From: Promethearchaeota archaeon
GTDB lineage: Archaea > Asgardarchaeota > Lokiarchaeia > Sigyniarchaeales > SOKP01
NCBI GenBank assembly: GCA_048938025.1
Contig: JBHLMP010000004.1
Span: 44,903-108,902, forward strand
Length of the DNA stretch: 64,000 bases
Reading direction: 5' to 3'
Shown here: positions 49,101 through 59,107 of the stretch, in pieces
Position numbering within the stretch: position 1 is the stretch's first letter
Layout of the letters: each line of letters starts with the position of its first letter
The notes under the pieces: generated by a model
What the model was told of the DNA's origin: nothing
Seen by the model: the letters and a program-made list of their open reading frames with translations, nothing else
The model's database searches: none
Program-made: the position numbers and the translations under genes

Positions 49101-50002
49101 CTAGGATATTCATTTTTCTTTGTATAAATTAAATGGAAAATTATTAAAATAATTGTAAAGAAAAAAATTCCTCCTGTTTCTAAGCTCGAGAATAGACTTT
49201 CATGGTTAAACCTAATATATAATGAGAATATTAATAAACCAGTACCTTGAGCTCCAGCATATGCTATTAAAATATTTTCATTATATTTCTTTATCAAAAT
49301 TAGAATAACGCAAATTAGTGGGATAATTAAGTATGCAAATTGATATCCGCCCCAACTTAAGGATAAATAACCTAAAAATACTCCACTTAATATTGAATAA
49401 GATATTTTTCCCGTTCGTACCGCTTTTAGAAAAAATAAAAAGATCATTAAAACACTAAAAACACCTATAGTTTCATTATCAAAAAAGCCAGCAATGGTGC
49501 GTTGAAGATAGCCAATATTAAAAGCTAAAAAGAAAGCAGCCATAAGACCCGTCCCTTTACTATGTACTTCCTTTCCCAAAAAATACATAACAAGGACCGT
49601 AATGCCACCCATAATTGCGGGGAAGAAATAACAAACATAATATAATGAGACAGGTATTCCGAGAAATTTAAGAGTTTTATAAATTGTTACAACTGTAAAA
49701 GTCAATCCAGGACGTAAGGTACTTCGAAAATAACCTTCAGGGTACCAACTCTTAAGATCTCGCCAATGAAAATATTCATAAAATGAATGGGTTGACAGAT
49801 ATTCTGAGTTATAATATTGTATCCATGGATCGAAAGCTTTAATAAGAAGTGGCCCTCTTAGGATTGGAGTTAGCCTTACCACTATTGCTAGGGTAACAAG
49901 TAGAAATAATGCTATGAATAATAATATATTTCGAGTTTTGATTGATACAGAAGCTCGAGCGCGATCACGGAAATTTCTAATTGAAGCAATAACTCTAGGC
50001 AT
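46112..50002 (-). CDS. aglB: oligosaccharyltransferase AglB/STT3 with extended C-terminal beta-rich repeats
   Basis: AFDP, FDNE, SVAE, WWDYG and DNAT motifs; multi-TM N-terminal half. Confidence 0.93.
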   Translation of the reverse strand: MPRVIASIRNFRDRARASVSIKTRNILLFIALFLLVTLAIVVRLTPILRGPLLIKAFDPWIQYYNSEYLSTHSFYEYFHWRDLKSWYPEGYFRSTLRPGLTFTVVTIYKTLKFLGIPVSLYYVCYFFPAIMGGITVLVMYFLGKEVHSKGTGLMAAFFLAFNIGYLQRTIAGFFDNETIGVFSVLMIFLFFLKAVRTGKISYSILSGVFLGYLSLSWGGYQFAYLIIPLICVILILIKKYNENILIAYAGAQGTGLLIFSLYIRFNHESLFSSLETGGIFFFTIILIIFHLIYTKKNEYPRFYNGLINLIKWGLIPVILIVAILIWIDPALIPFGFGGRFYALLNPLVREGLSLVASVAEQNPSAWSVFYYNILIPLILVPLGIYFCLKRLNAPDIFMIVFVLLLFYFTGAMIRIILLFAPAASLVGAYGLVNILKIYGGFIGEQKGVVSRKRRRQVKGTVGNTEVLAVYLIIGFLCVAQVVHTTDVSIDRLSYNQMAPVGILHDWEESLTWMKNNLPGTAVVVSWWDYGYWLTPIGNVTTVNDNATFKGERIGMTGMAFMQTNEIYSAEIFRELKADYVLVYFGYLYSGLGGDEGKWPWMVRICNDHYEYYKSLGLEKDNWAENAVFDENDYQNSTTGAMGDKWFDSQLVRLMFYGIPTDPASTPEGSLANHYASQINQRQAADGNLWLAHIPPYGAYDFKVFVKEHFSPNGMVRLYKVDYTALDSKFMITNPEIFDSGYGTFKLDNIGKKDLSITSIKVNGKEYNFTLGKGINTKIVNAGEDDLVWVDIKSGGTTFNKDDVVRINVTAESEALEEKKFTFSNSTSNFFVKEGGEGAIRINKANSKVIQIDHDTANALLEVENVGESIVVLDRFYVNDDMVSNTFLNENIEYLSGSSILYPGEKATIYLQNSPVSFYPIRTYNKIGVATPNDIRDEILFTSSQENNSITIYNDNRILSPEIVAAAIDSNYRKHIPIDFTKTYAYTYDNGSTIIKIYVKNTGDVIYALGPIYLTESLKPVNLEHFFTISGNFTLDANEEDIIVVDATDYIDGEVNEEILLCVTTSYGTPVASDIGYIHTIRNEPDVQIIENLEGTPVSYIYANETGRLVIKNTGNVPVTLDSVYLNETEILNCSNSNEVEFIYGNAILDVQECALISFNITDLKVNASDQVNIRVTTYNSAQAIANLTAIVDSTYYNIEIDDGGTSAVSSGTLTILTDNNGLLNVTVDSVYINGTYFSLDVFNEQDFIIGAGDSLQLTVDMAIIEIKLGTINPGDELVIIVRTVEGAEDTHIEFVT

Positions 50003-50212
50003 TATTTTTTAAATAAGTTTTTTATAATATTATGCTAAAAAGCATAATGAAATTTTGAATATAAAAAAAATCCCTCTCTTTAAAATGTTATCCTTTAATA
50101 GAAACATATTACAATATTCTAAAACTTTGAAAAGAATTTATGAGTTTTAGATTTTTAATAATTTTTATAATGATAACAAAATTAATTTCTTGAAATATTA
50201 CTACTAAATGTC

Positions 50213-51058
50213 ATGGAAAGATGTAGATATCTCTTTAAAATATATTATCTTTGTACTAAGAAGTTTTATGGATCGCAAAGACAAAATGATTTTTTAACAA
50301 TCGAAAATAGCCTTCTAAATTCTTTATTAATAAAGGGATATTTTGAAGATGTTAAAAGATCAGGATTAGAATTTGCGAGTAGAACAGATAGATTTGTATC
50401 TGCTCGCGCTTCTTGCTTCTCTTTCATTACAGAAAAAAAACCTTATTTAATGGAAATTAATTCTGCATTACCTAAAGAAATAGGAGTTTGGGCTTACTCA
50501 GATGTGCCGATGAATTTTTCGTCGAGATATAATGCTATTCTACGTCACTATAAATATATTGTCCCTGAATCAATCACATATCTTCAAAAACAACAATCTT
50601 TAAATCTGGAGATAATGGAAAAAGCTTGTAAAGAATTAGAAGGGACCCATGATTTTATTAATTTCTCTAAAAGAGAAAATGTAAAAAAAAAATCAGTTAG
50701 AGAACTAAAAGTTGTAAAGATGACTATTGATAATAATTTTATAATATTTGATTTTTTAGGTAAAGCTTTTCTGAGACAACAAATTCGCAGAATGGTAAAA
50801 AAGATATTAGAACTTGGAATGAGCAAAATTGACTATGATGATTTTTTATTATTATTTGACAACTCAAGAGATATTTCTTACCAAGGGGCAGATCCAAGAG
50901 GATTGATACTGTGGGATATAATTTATGACGAAAAGATTAAGTTTTTAGAAGATAAAAAATCAAAAGAAAGAATGAAAAATTATTTCTCAAATAAAGAGTT
51001 AAAATGTCATTTTAAACAACAATTATTCCAAATCTTGCAACGAAACAATTCTAGCTAA
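50213..51058 (+). CDS. truA: tRNA pseudouridine(38-40) synthase
   Basis: GSQRQ, SRTDRFVSA, RHYKY, GTHDFINF and FLRQQIRRMV motifs. Confidence 0.9.
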   Translation: MERCRYLFKIYYLCTKKFYGSQRQNDFLTIENSLLNSLLIKGYFEDVKRSGLEFASRTDRFVSARASCFSFITEKKPYLMEINSALPKEIGVWAYSDVPMNFSSRYNAILRHYKYIVPESITYLQKQQSLNLEIMEKACKELEGTHDFINFSKRENVKKKSVRELKVVKMTIDNNFIIFDFLGKAFLRQQIRRMVKKILELGMSKIDYDDFLLLFDNSRDISYQGADPRGLILWDIIYDEKIKFLEDKKSKERMKNYFSNKELKCHFKQQLFQILQRNNSS

Positions 51059-51994
51059 TAATGCTTGTAATTGAATATCTTCTGTACTACCTTGACTCAA
51101 TCGAAATTCAAATTCAGCCAAAATTTTAGATAATTCAATTTTTAAATCTTCTATTATATTCAAATTGTAAACTTCTCTATGAATATTTTTTATAATATTT
51201 TGACCTGAAAGACCATAATCATTGATTAAATCATATAATTGCTTTATTGAAAGTTGTAATTGACCTTTTAAGGCAGTTTGTAAAATTTCTTTTATTTTTT
51301 CTGGAGGTACTTCACCTGCTACTCGAAAAACAATTTCTTGATCTACTTTTTTAGAAATAGTTCCACAGGATTGCAAATAATTTATCGCTCTTCTACAATC
51401 TCCTCTAGAAACATCAGTTAAAGCGTTTAAACCATCAGGCGTGAGTGCGATATTCTCTTGCTGAGCGATATATTTTACCCTTTTTTTAATATCGTCATTA
51501 TTCAAAGAAGAAAATCTAAATACAACACATCTAGATTGGATGGGGGGAATTATTTTATTAGAATAATTGCATATCAAAATCATCCGGCAATTATTTGTAT
51601 ACTTTTCCATTGTTCTTCTCAATGCTTGTTGAGCCGGAGAAGTCATATTATCTGCTTCATCTAAAATTAAGATTTTAAAAGATATATCGAGAGGGGGTCT
51701 CGCTTTTGCGAAATCTTTAATATAAGTTCTTATAACATCAATACCCCGAGCATCACTCGCATTTAACTCTAAATATGTTCTATTAACTAACATTTTTCTA
51801 TCATATAGTTCTCGAACTATTGCTAATGCTGAAGTAGTTTTACCTGTTCCAGCAGGTCCAGCAAAAATCAAATGTGGCATTGATTTATTTTTGACAAATT
51901 GTTTTAAACGCTTAATAATACCCTTTTGATTTACAATATCATCCAATATCCTTGGTCGATATTTTTCGACCCATGGTCTATTTTCAAAAGACAT
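51023..51994 (-). CDS. rfcS: replication factor C small subunit
   Basis: PWVEKYRP, GPAGTGKT, ELNASDARG, DEAD and SRC motifs; no intein. Confidence 0.95.
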   Translation of the reverse strand: MSFENRPWVEKYRPRILDDIVNQKGIIKRLKQFVKNKSMPHLIFAGPAGTGKTTSALAIVRELYDRKMLVNRTYLELNASDARGIDVIRTYIKDFAKARPPLDISFKILILDEADNMTSPAQQALRRTMEKYTNNCRMILICNYSNKIIPPIQSRCVVFRFSSLNNDDIKKRVKYIAQQENIALTPDGLNALTDVSRGDCRRAINYLQSCGTISKKVDQEIVFRVAGEVPPEKIKEILQTALKGQLQLSIKQLYDLINDYGLSGQNIIKNIHREVYNLNIIEDLKIELSKILAEFEFRLSQGSTEDIQLQALLARIVSLQDLE

Positions 51995-52111
51995 TATCTA
52001 TTAAATTTAAATTGAAAATTTTTATTAATATTTAAGAAGAAATTATTAAGAATTTATTTTTCTTACTTCTTTTTAATGATTTAAATTAAAAAAAATTAAT
52101 GAGATTTTTTT

Positions 52112-53419
52112 ATGAATGATTTTAAAATAACAAAAATTAAAGCTAGATGGATTTTAGATTCTAGAGGGAATCCTACCGTGGAATCAGACGTTTATGTAGG
52201 AAATGTTTTCTCTAGAGCAGCAGTACCTTCAGGCGCCTCAACTGGTGCTTTAGAGGCACTCGAACTACGAGATGGTGGGAAAGCTTTCATGGGAAAACAT
52301 GTTACTAAAGCAGTGACAAATGTCAATGAAATACTCGCAAAAAAATTAACAGGTTTTGATGTAAGAGAACAAACAAAATTAGACGAAGAAATGATAAGAC
52401 TCGATGGAACAGAAAACAAGAGCAAATTAGGCGCTAATGCAATATTATCTATTTCATTAGCAGTAGCAAAATTGGCAGCTAAATTGCTGAATAAACCATT
52501 ATTTATACACTTAAATGAGTTAACTTACAATAAGACTCGAGAACAATACTTGTTACCTTTACCATGTTGTAATATCATTAATGGAGGGGAACACGCTGGA
52601 AATAATTTAGCAATACAAGAATTTATGGTATTACCAATAGGTGCCCCAACCTTCTCTAAAGCAATTCAAAATGCAGCAGAAGTATATCATACTTTGAAAA
52701 AATTATTAGGAAAAAAATATGGACCCTCTGCTGTTAATGTTGGTGATGAAGGAGGATTTGCACCAAATTTGTCAGAAACTCGAGATGCAATAAATAACAT
52801 TATAGAAGCTATTGAGGAGGCAGGATTTATGATGGGAACTGATTTTGTAATAGGAATGGATGCCGCTGCAAGTGAATTTTTTAAAGATGAATTATATAAT
52901 ATTGATGGTAGGAAACTAACAGAAGAAGAATTGTTACAATATTACCTTGATTTAATTCATGATTATCCTTTGAAATCTATTGAAGACCCATTCAATGAAA
53001 AAGCATTTAGAAGTTTTACAAATTTAACAATCAAAGTTGATAAGTCAATTCAGATTGTAGATGATGATCTTACTGTTACAAATATCAAATTACTTGAGAA
53101 AGCAATTAAAGAAAAAGCTGGAAATGCATTATTACTTAAAGTTAATCAAATTGGATCCTTAACAGAAGCAATTAATGCATGTAAAATGTCATTTAGAAAT
53201 GGATTTAATGTAATGGTTTCACATAGATCTGGTGAAACTGAAGATTCATTTATTGCAGATTTGGCAGTTGGGCTTTGTAGTGGCCAAATAAAAACAGGGG
53301 CTCCAGCAAGATCTGATCGAAATGCAAAATATAATCAACTTCTCAGAATTGAAGAATTATTAGAACATAACGCAAAATATCCTAAAAGTTTTGATTCCTG
53401 GAAAGATTTTCAAAAATAA
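52112..53419 (+). CDS. eno: enolase
   Basis: DSRGNPTVE, PSGAST, GDEGGFAP, SHRSGETED and IKTG motifs. Confidence 0.97.
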   Translation: MNDFKITKIKARWILDSRGNPTVESDVYVGNVFSRAAVPSGASTGALEALELRDGGKAFMGKHVTKAVTNVNEILAKKLTGFDVREQTKLDEEMIRLDGTENKSKLGANAILSISLAVAKLAAKLLNKPLFIHLNELTYNKTREQYLLPLPCCNIINGGEHAGNNLAIQEFMVLPIGAPTFSKAIQNAAEVYHTLKKLLGKKYGPSAVNVGDEGGFAPNLSETRDAINNIIEAIEEAGFMMGTDFVIGMDAAASEFFKDELYNIDGRKLTEEELLQYYLDLIHDYPLKSIEDPFNEKAFRSFTNLTIKVDKSIQIVDDDLTVTNIKLLEKAIKEKAGNALLLKVNQIGSLTEAINACKMSFRNGFNVMVSHRSGETEDSFIADLAVGLCSGQIKTGAPARSDRNAKYNQLLRIEELLEHNAKYPKSFDSWKDFQK

Positions 53420-53444
53420 TAATACAATTTTTGTTAAATTTCTT

Positions 53445-54089
53445 TTACTTTTTGATAAATCTATAAATATTTACATTAATTTTTTTCTTTTTTTGAGTGT
53501 GAAATTGAAACGTTTTTTCAAGAACCATTTTTAATGGAAACACATAATCAATAATCCAATTAAATTTTTTAATGAATCTTGAAATAAATCTATGACTTTT
53601 ATCACTAGCCAAATGAATTGAGTAAACAACATCAGAAAAGGCAAATGCTCTTTCCAAAAAGATTCTATCAGCAGTTTTTCTTTGTACTCCAAATGGTGGG
53701 TTCATTATAGTTGTTATTTTCATATCAGAAGGCAAAAGAAGTCTTTTAATTTCAAAGTTATTCATATCAGAACATATAGGAAAAATTATTTGTTCAAGAT
53801 CGAGAGATTGAATATTTCTCTTTAAAATTATCAACGCATCCCAGTCGATGTCAATACTTATTACGATATGGGCTTTTATAAAGGCACAAGCTATAGATAA
53901 TCTACCTGTACCAGTGCCAAGGTCAAATATTAAATTATGCTTAATATCATTGAATTCAAAACCCGCAAAAAAAATGATATCAACCGCACTTTTTGCGTCG
54001 ATACAATATTGTTCTAATTCTATTTTAGGTTTAATGAAGGTTTCAGTGTTTTGAATTATAGAAACTAAATCCTTTTTGTTGATTTTCAT
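53445..54089 (-). CDS. METTL5-like RNA adenine methyltransferase
   Basis: PKIELEQY, DLGTGTG and MNPPFG motifs. Confidence 0.88.
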   Translation of the reverse strand: MKINKKDLVSIIQNTETFIKPKIELEQYCIDAKSAVDIIFFAGFEFNDIKHNLIFDLGTGTGRLSIACAFIKAHIVISIDIDWDALIILKRNIQSLDLEQIIFPICSDMNNFEIKRLLLPSDMKITTIMNPPFGVQRKTADRIFLERAFAFSDVVYSIHLASDKSHRFISRFIKKFNWIIDYVFPLKMVLEKTFQFHTQKKKKINVNIYRFIKK

Positions 54090-54205
54090 CCGATAAATTG
54101 TTTACTCTTTTATGATTAAATTTATAATAAAATTTATTTATTTTATTTAATAATATTTACTTAAAATGAAAGAGATTGAGAAATTAAAAAATTATATCAA
54201 TAATT

Positions 54206-54805
54206 ATGAGTAAAAAACTTTTGAAAAATAAAGATATTGTTCTAACTGGACAATACCTTGGAGTAGTAGAAGAATTTTTACCTGATAAACAAACTACTTT
54301 TATTAAAGAAGGGCAAATTTATGCTAGTAAATCAGGCTTAATTAATATAGATGAAAAAAAAAGAGAAATAGAGATAAAAACTCATCAAGAAAAAGATAGG
54401 AAAGTTGTAAAAAAAGGAGATATTGTAATCGGCACAATACTTTTTCTAAGACAATACTCTGTTGGTGTTAATTTTTATACAGTAAATAGTAAAATTCATT
54501 TTAATAGTTATTATTTTGGAAATGTTCATGTTTCTCAGATTTCAGATAGATACATCGATAAAATTCATGACGCCTTCCAAATAACTGATATTTTAAGAGC
54601 AATTGTTATTGAACAAAATTACAATGAGTATAACTTGAGTACTGTCGGTAAAAATTTAGGAGTTATTTATGCTGATTGTGTGATCTGTGGAACCCCTCTT
54701 AAAAAAATCGGTTATAATAAGTTACGATGCCAGAGATGCGGTAATGTCGAAACAAGAAAAATTGCTGATGATTATGGAAATGTAAATGAAAGTTTAAGAT
54801 TTTAA
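54206..54805 (+). CDS. csl4: exosome RNA-binding subunit Csl4
   Basis: EEFLP, S1 domain HVSQIS, LGVIYADCVICG...CQRCGNVETRK. Confidence 0.92.
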   Translation: MSKKLLKNKDIVLTGQYLGVVEEFLPDKQTTFIKEGQIYASKSGLINIDEKKREIEIKTHQEKDRKVVKKGDIVIGTILFLRQYSVGVNFYTVNSKIHFNSYYFGNVHVSQISDRYIDKIHDAFQITDILRAIVIEQNYNEYNLSTVGKNLGVIYADCVICGTPLKKIGYNKLRCQRCGNVETRKIADDYGNVNESLRF

Positions 54806-54877
54806 TTTATAATTTAAATGTGAATTTATTTATTAGATATATATACTACTCGAATTGAATTAAATAAGGGTAAATTT

Positions 54878-55096
54878 TTGAGAAAAGCACGAAGAAAAGT
54901 TATTCATTTTTATAATAATAGCGGTTCTTTAGATAATGTAATTAAATTTCTTGAGGACGTTCAAAAAAAGATAGATTATCTTAATTTAAATATTACTGTT
55001 GAAGGGAAAGATATTAAAATAACATTATTTGGAACGAGAGATCTTCAATATTTAGCGTCTGAAAGATTAAAAGATTTAGCAAATCGATATTTATAA
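54878..55096 (+). CDS. small protein, possibly DUF2067 N-terminal-like
   Basis: 72 aa TTG-start ORF between csl4 and rpoL, the position DUF2067 occupies in other archaea. Confidence 0.5.
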   Translation: MRKARRKVIHFYNNSGSLDNVIKFLEDVQKKIDYLNLNITVEGKDIKITLFGTRDLQYLASERLKDLANRYL

Positions 55097-55184
55097 AATT
55101 TTGTTTTGGTATTCAGTAAACCATAAAAAATTTATTATATAACCTATTATTATTAACAAATCCGAATATTTTGGAGTTGAAATA

Positions 55185-55706
55185 ATGGCAAAGAAAAAGT
55201 CGGTTAAACCCTTAGAAGAGAAAGACGAAGAATTCGATGAATTAGAAGATGAATTGTTGGAAGATGAGGATTTTGAGAGCGTTTATCCTAAATTAGAAAA
55301 GGAAACAAAGGAAGGTGATGATAAATCACGAATACCCTCAACTGTAGATAATGAAGTTAGCGAATATCCAGAAGAAGAATTAGAATATGAGATGGAAGAA
55401 GAAGTTAAATTTCCTAGTTATAGATATCTGAATCTAAAAATAAAGAAGGATATTGGTAAGAATGATTATGAGTTAATTGTTGAAGGGCAATCTCATGGAT
55501 TTTGTAATATTCTTGTTAAACATCTTTTAGAGATCGAAGGAGTAAATATTGCTGCTTATAAAGATACTAAAATTGAACCCTCAACAATTTTCATCAGACT
55601 TGAAAATTTAAAAAAATATAAAATTAAAGAGATTCTTCATAGAGGGATTGAATCTTTAAGAGATGAAGTAAAGGAAGTTCAAAAGCTATTTAAAAAGATT
55701 ACTTAA
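55185..55706 (+). CDS. rpoL: RNA polymerase subunit L (Rpo11) with acidic N-terminal extension
   Basis: EGQSHGFCNILVKHLLEIEGVNIAAY; follows csl4; GGAG SD upstream. Confidence 0.8.
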   Translation: MAKKKSVKPLEEKDEEFDELEDELLEDEDFESVYPKLEKETKEGDDKSRIPSTVDNEVSEYPEEELEYEMEEEVKFPSYRYLNLKIKKDIGKNDYELIVEGQSHGFCNILVKHLLEIEGVNIAAYKDTKIEPSTIFIRLENLKKYKIKEILHRGIESLRDEVKEVQKLFKKIT

Positions 55707-55764
55707 ATTAATATTCATCTTTTTTATGAAAGATTTATAAGAAGCAATAATTCAACTTATCTTA

Positions 55765-56217
55765 ATGGATTATGAGTTTTTAATTAAGGACTTAAATAGA
55801 ATTAAATCTCAAAAGAGCATAGGAACTGACAAAGGTTTAGCAAAAATAGGAGACGGAATAGTTAATCTTGCATATTCGGTTGCCAAATCCACCTTTTTGA
55901 CTAAAAATAATTTACAACATAAAATATACAGAACTGGCTCTAAAGTCAGTAAACGAATTCTAGCAAGTGCTTTAAAAAATGCTAATATGAAAGATTTTGC
56001 CAAAAACAGGGCTGATGCTCATGATCTTGCTGACACTGGAGAAGCTTTAGTAGCTTATATATGGTTAAGTAAAAATATGACTTTAAAAGAAATTATAACC
56101 TTTCTTTCTAATCATTTATCAGGGGATTTAACGAATAGATCTGAAGAAATTAAAAGTGCCATTGTAGCCTTTACTAATTTGTTTAATAATATTAAAAAAT
56201 TCTTACCTGAGAAATGA
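55765..56217 (+). CDS. archaeal RNase III-domain (mini-III-like) protein
   Basis: DKGLAKIGDGIVNLAYS and ADTGEALVAYIW. Confidence 0.8.
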   Translation: MDYEFLIKDLNRIKSQKSIGTDKGLAKIGDGIVNLAYSVAKSTFLTKNNLQHKIYRTGSKVSKRILASALKNANMKDFAKNRADAHDLADTGEALVAYIWLSKNMTLKEIITFLSNHLSGDLTNRSEEIKSAIVAFTNLFNNIKKFLPEK

Positions 56218-56221
56218 TAGA

Positions 56222-56779
56222 ATGAAAGATAATCCCATAACCATAGGATTTGATGATGCTACATTCGAGCTTAAAACTGGTTTAGAAACAACTCAACTAA
56301 TAGGAGTTTTATGTCAGGGAATAAGAATGATTAAAGTCGTTAAAAGTGAAATAGTTATTGATGGAAATGATGCAACTGAGAATTTGATAAAACTTGTAAA
56401 ACAAAATGAAAATATCCAATATGTTTTCACTCACACAATCACCTTTGCGGGTTTCAATATTGTTGATTTAGAAGAAATCTATCTTGACACAGGTAAGCCA
56501 ATAATTGCTGTTACTGAAAAGAAAGTAGATCTTGATTCTGTCATTAAAGCTTTGAAAAAGAAATTCCCATCCAATTATCATAATAAAATTAAAAATATTT
56601 TTAATGCTGGAGAATTGTATGAAACAGACGTAAATACTGCTGGTGGATTTTCAAAAGTGTTTTTTCATTCTAAGGGACTCAAAGTTGCAGAAGTTGAAGT
56701 ATTACTGAATAAAATCAATATAGATTCAAAATTACCTGAGTGTGTTAGATTAGCACACTTAATTGGAAGAATCTTTTAA
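56222..56779 (+). CDS. DUF99 / endonuclease V-like protein
   Basis: GFDD, DGNDAT, ITFAGFNIVD and LPECVRLAHLI motifs. Confidence 0.85.
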   Translation: MKDNPITIGFDDATFELKTGLETTQLIGVLCQGIRMIKVVKSEIVIDGNDATENLIKLVKQNENIQYVFTHTITFAGFNIVDLEEIYLDTGKPIIAVTEKKVDLDSVIKALKKKFPSNYHNKIKNIFNAGELYETDVNTAGGFSKVFFHSKGLKVAEVEVLLNKINIDSKLPECVRLAHLIGRIF

Positions 56780-56834
56780 GAATGATCCTAAACTAAAAAA
56801 AGTATTGTTTTTAAAACGACAATAAGTATGATAT

Positions 56835-57314
56835 TTAATTTGTACTAATCTCGTATTCTAAAATATTCCTCATTCTTTCACGCAATTCCAATCTTATTGC
56901 TGACATTCCATATGTTTTTATACCTAGCTTTTTTTGAACTTTTTTAGCACTTAAAGCACCAGGAAGATCCTGCTTGTTCGCGATAGCAATTATTTTCGTA
57001 TCTAGATATTTAGAAAATTTTTCGAAAATCTCTTTAGTTTTTTTAACATTCTCTTCTGTAGAATCACATACCAAAATGGTTAAACCAGCACCTTTTAGAA
57101 AGTCTTGCCACATGAATTGATATCTTTCCTGACCTCCCAAATCCCATATATTTACCTTATTACCATTAAGTAATGAATTCTCTATTTCTAAACCGACAGT
57201 TGGATTTCTTTCGTTTGGAATATTTCTGCCTTGCAGCAAGTAAAGTAAAGAGGTTTTTCCTACACCACTATTCCCTAAAAAGCATATTTTAGTCTTTGTT
57301 GTAAGAACTTTAAT
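56835..57314 (-). CDS. Arf/Rab-like small GTPase, apparently with a non-canonical start codon
   Basis: The frame extends upstream of the called TTG through TKICFLGNSGVGKTS (P-loop) to a TGA at 57315-57317; PTVG, WDLGGQ, NKQD and SA motifs present. Confidence 0.85.
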   Translation of the reverse strand: MKVLTTKTKICFLGNSGVGKTSLLYLLQGRNIPNERNPTVGLEIENSLLNGNKVNIWDLGGQERYQFMWQDFLKGAGLTILVCDSTEENVKKTKEIFEKFSKYLDTKIIAIANKQDLPGALSAKKVQKKLGIKTYGMSAIRLELRERMRNILEYEISTN

Positions 57315-57503
57315 TCAACCTTTTCTAATTAAAAATACCTTAATTAGAAAAGATTACTAACACTTCAAAAATTAAAATAATATTCGCATATCATGAGAGT
57401 ATTCTAAAAAGAATACAGAATAATGTTAAAAATTCTAAAAATAGAATTTCAAAAAAACAAATAAATAAGTAGTATATAATAAAAAAATTCAAAAAAAAAC
57501 TTT

Positions 57504-58802
57504 TTATGCTCCTGTGGTTAGGTCCTTCACAATCCCAACCGCCACAGTTCTACCCATATCCCTTACAGCAAATCGACCCATTTCTGGTATTTCTGCATAC
57601 TTCTCAAGGCACATTTTCTTGATAGGACTTAATTCAACAATTGCAGTTTCATTTTTCTTTAAAAATTTCGGTGAATCTTCAATGACAGCTCCCGTTTTCT
57701 GATCAAGTTTTTTAGATAAACTGGTAAATTTTGCTGCAATTTGTGCAGTGTGAGCGTGAATCACAGGCGTATATCCTTGAGCTATTGCAGTTGGATGCCA
57801 AATGACGATTATCTGTCCTGTCCATTTTCCCTTGGGTGTTATCACTGTTGGAGGATTTGAGGGGTGACCTAAGCAATCACCTCTCCCAACATCTTGCATT
57901 GTTATTCCTCTAATACTAAATCCAACATTATCTCCAGGTTCTGCTTGAGGAATTTCCTCATGGTGCATCTCAATGCTTCTAATTTCACCTTCGAAGCCAG
58001 ATGGCATGATAACGATTTTATCACCTTTCTTTAATACTCCCGTTTCTACTCTTCCAACAGGAACAACTCCAGTTCCTTTAATTCTATATGCATCTTGAAT
58101 TGGAAGTCTTAAGGGTTTATCTAAAGGTTTTTCTGGAATTATAAATTGATCAATTGCATCGATTAACGTTGGACCATCATACCAAGGCATTTTATCACTT
58201 TTTTTTGATAAATTCTCCATTGCCATTCCGCTTGTTGGTACAAAAGGTACTTCTTTAAGCTTGAATCCAATATTTCTTAAAAGATCTCCTACCGCTTCCT
58301 TGCATTCATTAAACCTTGCCTCAGAATAATCGTAAACATCAGCTTTATTTATAGCTACGACAATTTGTTTTACACCTAAAGTCTGTGCTAAATAAGCGTG
58401 TTCACGAGTTTGTCCATTAGCCGCTATTCCGACTTCCATTTCACCTTTCTTACCAGATACAACAAGAATGGCAGCATCAGCTTGGGACGCACCTGTAATC
58501 ATGTTTTTAACGAAATCGGCATGACCGGGAGCATCAATAATCGTGAAATAGCGATGTGGAGTTTCAAATTTTCGAAAAGCTAGATCAATAGTAATACCAC
58601 GTTGTCGCTCTTCTTTTAATTTATCAAAGACGAAAGCGTAGGACCAAGAATCTCTGTCATATTCCTTTGCTATTTTATCTAGTTCTCTTGCTTCTCTTTC
58701 GGTAACTGCGCCTGTTTCTATTAACAGGGCACCCATCATGGTGGATTTACCGTGGTCTATGTGTCCTATAATAACGAGATTCAAATGTTGTTTTTCAACC
58801 AT
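57504..58802 (-). CDS. tuf: elongation factor 1-alpha
   Basis: GHIDHGKST, RGITID, DAPGH, NKAD and GRFAVRDMG motifs; ATG at 58802. Confidence 0.97.
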   Translation of the reverse strand: MVEKQHLNLVIIGHIDHGKSTMMGALLIETGAVTEREARELDKIAKEYDRDSWSYAFVFDKLKEERQRGITIDLAFRKFETPHRYFTIIDAPGHADFVKNMITGASQADAAILVVSGKKGEMEVGIAANGQTREHAYLAQTLGVKQIVVAINKADVYDYSEARFNECKEAVGDLLRNIGFKLKEVPFVPTSGMAMENLSKKSDKMPWYDGPTLIDAIDQFIIPEKPLDKPLRLPIQDAYRIKGTGVVPVGRVETGVLKKGDKIVIMPSGFEGEIRSIEMHHEEIPQAEPGDNVGFSIRGITMQDVGRGDCLGHPSNPPTVITPKGKWTGQIIVIWHPTAIAQGYTPVIHAHTAQIAAKFTSLSKKLDQKTGAVIEDSPKFLKKNETAIVELSPIKKMCLEKYAEIPEMGRFAVRDMGRTVAVGIVKDLTTGA

Positions 58803-59107
58803 TTTAATCAATTTCCTTAATTTTAATTTATAAATATAATTTCAAATAATTTCTTATTTTAAATTAAATGATAACTTCTTTAATGATATCCTATATATAT
58901 TTTTTACTATAATTATATCATAAATTTAGGGTTATGGAAAATTAAGTAAGTTTAAAGCCAGTATTATGATTTCTAAAATTCCTTTATTTTGAATATAATT
59001 TTTAAAAACTAGCTCCAAAGATGAAACATTTCTCTTTAAAAAGAAGTTCGGTATTTTTCATTCACTGTATAGAAATTTAAGAAATTTAAAAAAAATAAAA
59101 AAATTAA

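Noticed and set aside
53050-53080. Enolase IVDDDL in place of the usual VGDDL
   Set aside because: It is a single substitution, and the other catalytic and metal-binding motifs are intact, so there is no basis for calling altered function.
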